Positions 1-6,924 of a DNA stretch of 25,304 bases are shown in pieces. Position 1 is the stretch's first letter. Every line of letters begins with the position of its first letter. Location: IMG/VR virus record IMGVR_UViG_3300017785_002950, positions 1 through 25,304 of that record. One strand, written 5' to 3'. The stretch comes from a virus. Lineage: Duplodnaviria; Caudoviricetes. The notes under the pieces were generated by a model. It searched no databases. It was not told where the DNA came from and saw only the letters and a list, made by a program, of their open reading frames with translations. The position numbers and the translations under genes were made by a program.

Positions 1-980
1 AAATGCAATCTTTGACTTGGTGTCGCAGTCGCGGCGAGCATGACACCTGCATATCTATTGTCTGATTCGGTAGAACCTGTTTGGTAAACACTGCCCAATC
101 CATTTGCAAGCGCCCATTCCGCATGGGTGTGGTAATGACCAATATAGACATCTCTAAATTCCCATGGGTAAGACCCACTGCGCCATCTATTGATGTGTTG
201 GACAATCGTTGCTGGAGATGCAAAACCAGTACGACCAACTTCATCACCATGAATAACGAGCGCGCGATACTCACCGATTTGTACTCTTTGTATATCATCA
301 GGACATTCTTGCCAGGTAAGGCGCTTTTCGCCTGCAAGTAATTGGCGCGCCAATTCATAACACATACGGTCAAAATTGTCAGAACGAGGAACATTGTCAC
401 GCTTACTTCCAATACGCCCATGATTACCCCACTCAGGAACTACCGTAACTTTTTCATAATTAGCAAGAGCGTAGCGAACCACATCTACGCAAAGCCTGCT
501 TACATTTACATATTGCTCAAACAGTGTTGAATCAATCTCAAAAACTTGATTAGGGAAATTAAATAAACCCTCAACCATGTCACCGCCGAAAAGTATGTAA
601 CAATCTTTTACCGGATGATTTGCTCTATGTATTTCTGTAATTCTTACAGCCTTTTGTGCAAATTCTAAAACCCGCGTACGCATGACTTGAGAGTTATAAG
701 TAGTAGTTTTTTTTGCGCCTTGCCAATCTGTCATGTGCCATAAAGCAACCTCAGGTTTGCCTTTGCCAACTTTTATTGTTTTTTGTTCTATGGGCGTAAT
801 AGGACCCATAGCCAACATTGCATCATAAGCGGCTTGATGAGTTGCTTCTACTAAATCTTCAGTTTTTGTTTTTGCTTTTATTAATTGTTTTTGTATTCTA
901 AATAAAGCATTGCGTAATTCTTTAACATCGTCAGATTCAATGCCTTCAGGTAGTTTTTTTAAGTTATCTTCTAGGCTCAT
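1..980 (-). CDS. Calcineurin-like metallophosphoesterase with N-terminal helical/coiled-coil region (3' end truncated by window edge)
   Basis: Missing from the ORF track because it runs off the window. Hand translation from ATG 980 (ATGA overlap with upstream stop): MSLEDNLKKLPEG...WHMTDWQG...FGGDMVEG...WGNHGR...IHGD...IGHYHTH...TGS...QRLH. These are the five metallophosphoesterase motifs, with D-W-Q in place of D-x-H. Open for 326 codons. Confidence 0.85.
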   Translation of the reverse strand, partial: MSLEDNLKKLPEGIESDDVKELRNALFRIQKQLIKAKTKTEDLVEATHQAAYDAMLAMGPITPIEQKTIKVGKGKPEVALWHMTDWQGAKKTTTYNSQVMRTRVLEFAQKAVRITEIHRANHPVKDCYILFGGDMVEGLFNFPNQVFEIDSTLFEQYVNVSRLCVDVVRYALANYEKVTVVPEWGNHGRIGSKRDNVPRSDNFDRMCYELARQLLAGEKRLTWQECPDDIQRVQIGEYRALVIHGDEVGRTGFASPATIVQHINRWRSGSYPWEFRDVYIGHYHTHAEWALANGLGSVYQTGSTESDNRYAGVMLAATATPSQRLH

Positions 981-1222
981 TGTTTTACCATTTCATACCC
1001 GTGATGTGTATAACCTTGTTTATCTATCCAACTATCTTCGTGACTTGGGTTTTTAAATAATCTTACTGTTTTTAAACTATCCATCATTAATGCTACTTGC
1101 CATGGCGCAATGTCCTCAATGTCTAGTAACGCACCCCATATCCTGCCTATTTTTGCAAAGTTCTCTGTTGCGTCACCGTATTGTTCTTCTCTATCATCAA
1201 GAATTTTATTTACTTTGGACAT
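977..1222 (-). CDS. DUF6378-like small phage protein (nucleotide-metabolism associated)
   Basis: Motif pattern DREEQYGDATENFAKIGRIWGALL...VALMMDSLKTVR...HEDSWIDKQGY. Preferred start is ATG 1222 (MSKVNK) downstream of AGAGG; the ORF track starts at GTG 1228. Confidence 0.7.
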   Translation of the reverse strand: MSKVNKILDDREEQYGDATENFAKIGRIWGALLDIEDIAPWQVALMMDSLKTVRLFKNPSHEDSWIDKQGYTHHGYEMVKQ

Positions 1223-1449
1223 TTGCACATACCTCTACGGTGCGCTCTTATTGTTTCGGCAGTTGTTTTATGCCCTTCAGCGCGCAATGCTTTTACAATA
1301 ATGTTTGCCGAATAACCTTTTGCCCAAGCATCATCTAATGCTTTTTTATCTTTATCTGATAATGAGTTTATTGTCATTTGCCATGCACAATATTGACTAT
1401 ATGGTTTTTGCTTTGATGCTAACTCTTGTAATGATTTTTCTAAGGTCAT
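1210..1449 (-). CDS. Small putative HTH/Zn-binding DNA-binding protein
   Basis: ATG 1449 has GGAGG 5 nt upstream. Helical YSANIIVKALRAEGHKTTAETIRAH segment; N-terminal Cys plus C-terminal H-x4-C-x-C. Confidence 0.55.
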   Translation of the reverse strand: MTLEKSLQELASKQKPYSQYCAWQMTINSLSDKDKKALDDAWAKGYSANIIVKALRAEGHKTTAETIRAHRRGMCKCPK

Positions 1450-1465
1450 GCCCACCTCCGCGCAT

Positions 1466-1474
1466 AGCCTAACA
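1466..1474 (-). promoter_or_regulatory. Putative extended -10 promoter (TGtTAGGCT)
   Basis: TGn + TANNNT lying 16 nt upstream of ATG 1449; actinobacterial SigA-type pattern. Confidence 0.4.
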
Positions 1475-1484
1475 CAAGTATAAA

Positions 1485-1534
1485 TGAGCAGTTTAGACTC
1501 ATACTCAGGAGTGCTTTCCCATGGAGGAGGGAAA
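1485..1534 (-). other. Structured intergenic RNA element: hairpin plus compact H-type pseudoknot
   Basis: Minus-strand RNA: UUUCCC-uccuccau-GGGAAA, then ACUC-c-UGAGUA-u-GAGU-cuaaac-UGCUCA (P1 ACUC/GAGU; P2 UGAGUA/UGCUCA with one U-G pair). Confidence 0.5.
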
Positions 1535-1786
1535 TTAGGCTTTCTTTTTACGAGGCTTCTTTGCTAGGTTTTTGATTTCTTTTTCTACCCAATCTGCGAC
1601 CTTGCCAAATGCAGGGTCGTTTTTATCAACAGCGCGAATGGATGGGCCGATAATTGCGGCTACAACGCCTGCAATCAAAGCCTTTACATCTGCGTCAGGA
1701 TTGACTACCCAAACAGCCGCACCCGTCAAAACAAAGTGACGCAATGCGGATTTAATTTTGCTTATAGTTGCTTTTTTTAGATACAT
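1535..1786 (-). CDS. Putative holin
   Basis: 83 aa with two hydrophobic segments (FVLTGAAVWVV; ALIAGVVAAIIGP) and a very basic C-terminus (KKPRKKKA). TAATG overlap with the endolysin stop; AAGGAG RBS. Confidence 0.6.
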   Translation of the reverse strand: MYLKKATISKIKSALRHFVLTGAAVWVVNPDADVKALIAGVVAAIIGPSIRAVDKNDPAFGKVADWVEKEIKNLAKKPRKKKA

Positions 1787-2250
1787 TATTTCTCCTTAGT
1801 AGGTCTTGCTACAGCCATTACAACAGAATAAGGGCGTTTCTTACGATAAACCCCGCCTCCATTGCTTTGACTATTTTTTTTGTTAGAACTTGTATTGCCT
1901 TCTATGCAATACAAATACTTACCTTTATTTTTTACCACAATGCCCACATGGTCAGGTTGGGCATCTGTGTCAAACTGAAAAAAGGCTATATCGCCTGCTT
2001 GCGCTTGTCCAATTGGCACTAACTTATTTTTAGCAGTAAACCATTTTAAACCTGCATCGCATGAAGCAAAACCTTTTGCATTGCTTGCCGCTATTGTTTT
2101 ACTAGCCCCTACTTTGTAATATATCCATGAAATAAACATGGCGCACCAAGGTTGATGATTCAGCCCATACCATTTACCGTATTTAGTGTCATTGTTTGCG
2201 CCTTCTTCATATTGTAATTCTTGTTTTGCGTGCCAAACAATTAACTCTAT
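1786..2250 (-). CDS. CHAP-domain endolysin (154 aa if started at ATA 2250)
   Basis: The frame extends upstream of the track ATG 2139 to give ...EEGANNDTKYGKWYGLNHQPWCAMFISW...GDIAFF...DHVGIV...IEGNTS, supplying the CHAP catalytic Cys, His and EGN motifs. The start codon is uncertain (see finding). Confidence 0.85.
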   Translation of the reverse strand: MELIVWHAKQELQYEEGANNDTKYGKWYGLNHQPWCAMFISWIYYKVGASKTIAASNAKGFASCDAGLKWFTAKNKLVPIGQAQAGDIAFFQFDTDAQPDHVGIVVKNKGKYLYCIEGNTSSNKKNSQSNGGGVYRKKRPYSVVMAVARPTKEK

Positions 2251-2468
2251 TAAGCCTTCTCTACTAATAGTCGGTATATCTCGTCTACTCTCGTTTCTAA
2301 TTTGTCCACCTTCTCATCTATGTCACGAATTTTATCTTTTATTGATGTGCCCCCATTGGGTTTAAGTTCTGCCAAATAGTATTTTACTAAATGTCTAACG
2401 CTCATGGCAAAGGCTCCAACCAAGGTGCAAACACCAACTGCAATTCCAACCCATTGTTCTATGCTCAT
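2250..2468 (-). CDS. Single-TM membrane protein with coiled-coil tail (holin/lysis-associated)
   Basis: N-terminal TM (WVGIAVGVCTLVGAFAMSV), PNGGTS motif and coiled coil IKDKIRDIDEKVDKLETRVDEI; a type common in actinophage lysis cassettes. Start ATG 2468. Confidence 0.65.
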   Translation of the reverse strand: MSIEQWVGIAVGVCTLVGAFAMSVRHLVKYYLAELKPNGGTSIKDKIRDIDEKVDKLETRVDEIYRLLVEKA

Positions 2469-2476
2469 AGCGCCCA

Positions 2477-2485
2477 ATAATAACA
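2477..2485 (-). promoter_or_regulatory. Putative extended -10 promoter (TGtTATTAT) for a (near-)leaderless lysis transcript
   Basis: TGn-TATTAT 8 nt before ATG 2468, which lacks an SD sequence. Confidence 0.35.
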
Positions 2486-2493
2486 GTTATGTA

Positions 2494-2706
2494 CTACAAG
2501 GTAATAAAATTTGTACCATCATAATATTTGAGGTCGCCTGAATCTGTATCAAAAAATATGTCACCTATTCGCGGATTGCTAGGCGTGCTAGTAGAAAAAT
2601 CAACATTAGGCGCAGTGAATCTTTGCGCTAATTCTAATTTGCGTAATCTTTGGTCTAGCGTTGCAAACAAAACTCTCAAGTCAGGAGGTTGATTGATGTA
2701 TGCCAT
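2494..2706 (-). CDS. Small minor tail protein
   Basis: Coiled-coil N-terminus (LDQRLRKLE) plus PSNPRIGDIFFDTDSGDLKYYDG, a short beta motif seen in tail fibre/spike proteins; follows the Gp37-like gene. Confidence 0.6.
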   Translation of the reverse strand: MAYINQPPDLRVLFATLDQRLRKLELAQRFTAPNVDFSTSTPSNPRIGDIFFDTDSGDLKYYDGTNFITL

Positions 2707-2712
2707 GATGCC

Positions 2713-3810
2713 TCAATTCGTTGTGTCAGTAAGCGTAAGAGTAACGCGTTCAGGCCCATCTTCGCCGGGTTGCACACTTAATGCCACTATACGATAAATT
2801 TCATCTAAAGTTTCAGGGAAACGCTCATCTGTAATTATTAAACGGGCATCATCGCCAATGTTATAAGTGCCAAATTCGGGCGTTACATAGGCAGGAACTA
2901 CTATTTTAATTGTAGTTGGAGGGTACGAAACAGCATTAACCTGTCCAGTAGCCAATTCTTGTAATAATGTAGCATCTGTTGTATCTGAATAATTAGCCTG
3001 TTCTTCTAATAAAGCCCAACCGTCTATTAATTTAGAAGCATCTTGCGCTGTTGCTATTAATTTGCCTTCATTTGAACCAGCGCCTAAAGCGTAAACCGTA
3101 TTAGCGGCAATACTGCCATCTTCCGGATATTCATATTCTACAATATTTCCTGCAGGAAAAATAAAAACAAAAGCCGCTGGGTCATTAACATCATAAACCA
3201 CACCTGTTCTTGGATAACCAAGAATTAAAGTTTTTATAGGTTCTTCTGTTACGCCATCGTAACTTACATTTATATTGAAATCAAAACCATTTTCTGCGCG
3301 AGATAAATCTTGTATAGCAGGATATACGCCTTTTAATTCATAAGAATAATAAACTCTATCAATCAAAACACCTGAAGTTTCACTGCCTGTAATAACTCCT
3401 ATATCTCCTGAAGATACGCTTTGTGCATCATCTATAAGAGTGCGCGCAATAACTAATTGGTCTGTATTAGTAAAAGCCGTTGTTTGCGTAATTCGGCGGC
3501 GTTCAAAATATGACTCAAATTCTCGCGCTGCTAAACTTAATTGTTGAGCGGCACTGTTATAAGTCCTATTCCAAATTACACCGCCCCATACCAACACCCC
3601 ATTTCTATCAACATAAATAGCGGTTTTGCCAGGTATAGTAGAAGCATTAACATTAAATTCAGGCGTGCTTACGCCCGATAGAAGCAAATGACCTTGCAGA
3701 GTTCCAGCCTGGTTTAATTGTTTTGTAAAACCCACTCCAGTAAGAGGTAATTCCGCAATGATTTCATTGGTTACTAAATTGGCAAATAAATAGCGATAGG
3801 TTGTAGTCAT
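2713..3810 (-). CDS. Minor tail (baseplate hub) protein, ReqiPepy6 Gp37-like
   Basis: 365 aa; AELPL..FTKQLNQAGT, VDRNGVLVWGGVIW, GFDF, ANTVYALGAG, YNIGD...YRIVALSV pattern; located in the tail tip module. Confidence 0.75.
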   Translation of the reverse strand: MTTTYRYLFANLVTNEIIAELPLTGVGFTKQLNQAGTLQGHLLLSGVSTPEFNVNASTIPGKTAIYVDRNGVLVWGGVIWNRTYNSAAQQLSLAAREFESYFERRRITQTTAFTNTDQLVIARTLIDDAQSVSSGDIGVITGSETSGVLIDRVYYSYELKGVYPAIQDLSRAENGFDFNINVSYDGVTEEPIKTLILGYPRTGVVYDVNDPAAFVFIFPAGNIVEYEYPEDGSIAANTVYALGAGSNEGKLIATAQDASKLIDGWALLEEQANYSDTTDATLLQELATGQVNAVSYPPTTIKIVVPAYVTPEFGTYNIGDDARLIITDERFPETLDEIYRIVALSVQPGEDGPERVTLTLTDTTN

Positions 3811-4133
3811 TCGTCAAATGGTGGTTCCCACAAACCTGTATCCCTATTAAGTATGAAATTAGGACCAGGTTTAGGTGCAATAAAACCACCATCATCGCCT
3901 AATGTTGGGTCAAAAGTATATCCAATTTCACCGTAGTTATATCTAAATGGTTCGCCTGGACCTGTGTGTTGATTGCCGTGTGTATTAAATGATGTGCGCT
4001 TACATACTGCGCCCCATTTCTCGCCGTAATAAGCCTCCCAATCAGAAATGCCGCCAACAACAGTATTTTCATTTTGTCCAGGGATAATCGCTGTAACAAT
4101 GTTGTTAGCATCTAAAAAACAATAATGTGCCAT
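3807..4133 (-). CDS. MAHY-type small tail-fibre-associated protein (assembly chaperone-like), paralog A
   Basis: MAHYCFLDANNIVT...CKRTSFNT...FRYNYGEIGYTFD...FIAPKP...LWEPP; clear paralog of 23566-23937. ATG 4133 in a TAATG overlap. Confidence 0.65.
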   Translation of the reverse strand: MAHYCFLDANNIVTAIIPGQNENTVVGGISDWEAYYGEKWGAVCKRTSFNTHGNQHTGPGEPFRYNYGEIGYTFDPTLGDDGGFIAPKPGPNFILNRDTGLWEPPFDE

Positions 4134-5062
4134 TACCAACTCACCGTATCCGTTCCACCTGTAAAAGTAAACACTTTATATCCTGCACGACTTGTAACAT
4201 TTCTTGTGTAAGTCAAACCATTTCCAATATTAGGGTCTTTAAAATCAACAGGATAAGCAAAAATAACTACTCCTGAACCTCCTGAAGCCGCTTGCGTACC
4301 TGTCGTTCCTCTGCAACCACCTCCACCGCCACTTCCTAAATTCATTCCACCTGCAGTAGCGGATGTCACAACGGTGACATCATCTGATGCGCAACCATCG
4401 CCGCCCCCTCCCGTACCTCCAAGTCCTCGTGTTGGGGTATTTCCACTGCGACCATCTGCGCCCCCGCCTCCTCCACCTGCATAGGTAACTGATGACCCTG
4501 TGATTGATGATGCTGTGCCTGCACCTCCGTTACCCCCAATATAACTGCCTGGAGCATTTGCACCAACTGCGTTTGCGCCTCCACCTCCTGCTCCCGATTG
4601 TGATGTATTAGGATTTCTCAAACCATCCCCACCATTATTGCCTTGAGATGGAGATTCAGTAGGTGTATTACCTGCTCCACCAGCAATAATAAGACTGCCC
4701 GTTAATGATGCCCCTCCACCGCCTGAACCTCCAGATGTCGCGGCGATTATTCCTCCACTATTTGCTCTACTTCCTGCGCCACCGCCTGCAGAAGTGATAG
4801 TGCTAAATACAGAGTTTGTTCCACTGCCACCAACAGTTAATGTATAACCTGTATTGGCGCTGACGCTAAACGAAGCATCTGTGCGAAATCCCCCTGCGCC
4901 ACCCCCGCCCCCTCCGAAATCGGTTTGTGAATTATTGGCATCTCCACCGCCTCCACCTCCTGCTACCACAAGTACTTCAAGACTTGTCGGAGCAGGCAAA
5001 GGAACGCCAAACATTCCATAAGCAGTAGGACTTAATTGCGTTGATGCCATTAATGGACACAT
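4133..5062 (-). CDS. Glycine-rich adhesin-like virion protein, paralog A
   Basis: LVVAGGGGGG, GGGGAGG, GGSGGGG, YAGGGGGG, GGSGVVI scaffold motifs; AAGGAG RBS before ATG 5062. Confidence 0.7.
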   Translation of the reverse strand: MCPLMASTQLSPTAYGMFGVPLPAPTSLEVLVVAGGGGGGDANNSQTDFGGGGGGAGGFRTDASFSVSANTGYTLTVGGSGTNSVFSTITSAGGGAGSRANSGGIIAATSGGSGGGGASLTGSLIIAGGAGNTPTESPSQGNNGGDGLRNPNTSQSGAGGGGANAVGANAPGSYIGGNGGAGTASSITGSSVTYAGGGGGGADGRSGNTPTRGLGGTGGGGDGCASDDVTVVTSATAGGMNLGSGGGGGCRGTTGTQAASGGSGVVIFAYPVDFKDPNIGNGLTYTRNVTSRAGYKVFTFTGGTDTVSW

Positions 5063-5074
5063 TACAATTTCTCC

Positions 5075-6052
5075 TTATGCGTACTTAGTTTGTGATGCGA
5101 TAACTGTATAAGTAGGCGTTGCGGCTGTTTTGATAATGGCAAATACATAAGCATCTATGCTTGAAGCATTACCGCCAATAGGTGTTGTGCCGCCTTGCCA
5201 TTTAGGGGTAACGCCAACGCTATCAATTTGTATAACGCTAGGATAATATGGAGTCGCACCATTTGTATTTAGCCAAACTAAAGTGATTGCATCTCCTGTT
5301 GCTAACTTAGAAGATAAAGTTGTACTTGCATTGAATCTAAAATTTAAAGTGTGATTGCCTGAAGCGTTAGATGTGTAATACCAAATACCCGCAGTTTCTA
5401 CATCGTAATTTATAGTGCCTGTCGCGGCGGCGGCAACAACATTTGTGCGTTCTTCCGCAGATTTTATAATTGGAAAATTATTTGTTGCATCATTTATTGT
5501 TGGAGCAGTAAGGGTTTTATTTGTTAAAGTTTGCGCTGTAGTTAAATAAACAACAGGTAAATTGGTAGTAACATCTACGCGAGTATCTGTTATGGCCCCA
5601 CTTACGATTGAAGTAGCAGCCGCACCGACTGAAATAGTTGCAAGAGAAATAGCGTTAGCGGGAGTTGCAGGAGCAACAGGTGAGCCGGATGGAGTTCCTG
5701 CGACTACTTGAAACACTACATCGTTAAAAGCGCCTGTGTAATAAGCATCTCGCACTGTGACTACAATGCGGTCAATGCGTGCATTAGTGGGGTCTGCAGT
5801 TGTAATAGTTAAAGTTGTTGTAGCGTCATTATAAATTGTGTAAACACCCATATCTGTTTGAGTTGTACCCACAATAGCCGCCCAACCTTCAGCAACAAGC
5901 ACTGACATACCTGCAGGAGAATTAGCGGTTACTGCTAATGAAGTAGAACCAATAATGCCTGTAGTTGCATAAAGCGCCTGCATAGAAAGACGGTCATTTT
6001 CTGCAGGGTGTGACCCATTTTGTAACCATGAGGGCGGTGTGCGTAGTGTCAT
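5075..6052 (-). CDS. Tail fibre / upper baseplate protein
   Basis: N-terminal actinophage minor-tail domain (GMSVLVAEG, ADPTNARIDRIV, ITDTR), TAQTLTNKTLTAP fibre repeat and a C-terminal beta domain (PKWQGGTTP..IDAYVF); follows Dit. Confidence 0.7.
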   Translation of the reverse strand: MTLRTPPSWLQNGSHPAENDRLSMQALYATTGIIGSTSLAVTANSPAGMSVLVAEGWAAIVGTTQTDMGVYTIYNDATTTLTITTADPTNARIDRIVVTVRDAYYTGAFNDVVFQVVAGTPSGSPVAPATPANAISLATISVGAAATSIVSGAITDTRVDVTTNLPVVYLTTAQTLTNKTLTAPTINDATNNFPIIKSAEERTNVVAAAATGTINYDVETAGIWYYTSNASGNHTLNFRFNASTTLSSKLATGDAITLVWLNTNGATPYYPSVIQIDSVGVTPKWQGGTTPIGGNASSIDAYVFAIIKTAATPTYTVIASQTKYA

Positions 6053-6060
6053 TTATGCTC

Positions 6061-6924
6061 CTAAATGTAGGCAGACTGCCATTCTACGGTAGCCTGAGTT
6101 ATTCCTGATGAGGTTCCTACTCCTGTAAAATAAAACTGATTATTGCCGGGTTGGGCAGAAAACCAATTTGATGTGCCTGATATTAATGTATTACGAGCGG
6201 GATTGCCATTCAATGTAATCAATTTATTATAAAGGTCAATCTCAAAAACATCGTTAGAAGCCAAAGTTACATTAAAATCTAATGTGGCATTTTGCGTATT
6301 ATTGCCTACTTCCGGATTGGTTATTGGCCCATTTATAGTAATTAGAGGGTAGGTGTCAGTCCATCCATTATTAGTTATTGTTGTTGTTAATGTGCCACTG
6401 CCGCCACCATACACTAGATTATAAACTCTATTATAGACGCGCCCTGACGGAGCGCTAAATTGCATAACTGCAGTTTGTTCGTTTGTATCATAATAACGAG
6501 GGTCGGCACAAAACAAATCTACTTGAGAAATAATATATCCATAAGTGTAATTTGGATTAAGTGATGCCATGTGATTGCGTACGCGAGCATTAATTACTTG
6601 CTCTGCTTCGCCTGCCGATAATAAAAAATACAAGGGCGTTGAACCGCTTGTTTGTGGTTGGAAAGTTCTTTGTAATATATTAAAATTTGCTTGCGCAGAA
6701 GCAGTTGAGGTTGCGGTAGTTTGTATTAAAATAGAAATTGTGCGGCCTGCAAGAAAATCCCTACCTGTAAACATGCCATCTGCGTATCCACGGTTATCAT
6801 CTTGATTACGAATACCAGGTAAACCTTCTAAACCTTCTACAGAGAGAATTTGATAAGGCGACCCTGCGCCTCCAAATACTTGATTGTTAAATGAAAAAGA
6901 ATAGTTAGTAATTACTTGTGGCAT
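6061..6924 (-). CDS. Distal tail protein (Dit, Sipho_tail-like)
   Basis: Directly after the tape measure gene; GRTISI, FCADPRYY, NNGWTDTYPLITING, WFSAQPGNN, WQSAYI pattern. Confidence 0.8.
   Translation of the reverse strand: MPQVITNYSFSFNNQVFGGAGSPYQILSVEGLEGLPGIRNQDDNRGYADGMFTGRDFLAGRTISILIQTTATSTASAQANFNILQRTFQPQTSGSTPLYFLLSAGEAEQVINARVRNHMASLNPNYTYGYIISQVDLFCADPRYYDTNEQTAVMQFSAPSGRVYNRVYNLVYGGGSGTLTTTITNNGWTDTYPLITINGPITNPEVGNNTQNATLDFNVTLASNDVFEIDLYNKLITLNGNPARNTLISGTSNWFSAQPGNNQFYFTGVGTSSGITQATVEWQSAYI

Noticed and set aside
81-530. Plus-strand ORFs 81-341 and 342-530
   Set aside because: Antisense shadows of the minus-strand metallophosphoesterase, which carries all catalytic motifs.
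2250-2313. Possible -1 frameshift fusing the TM protein to the CHAP endolysin
   Set aside because: The frames are compatible but no X XXY YYZ slippery heptamer is present in the overlap; an ATA start is simpler.
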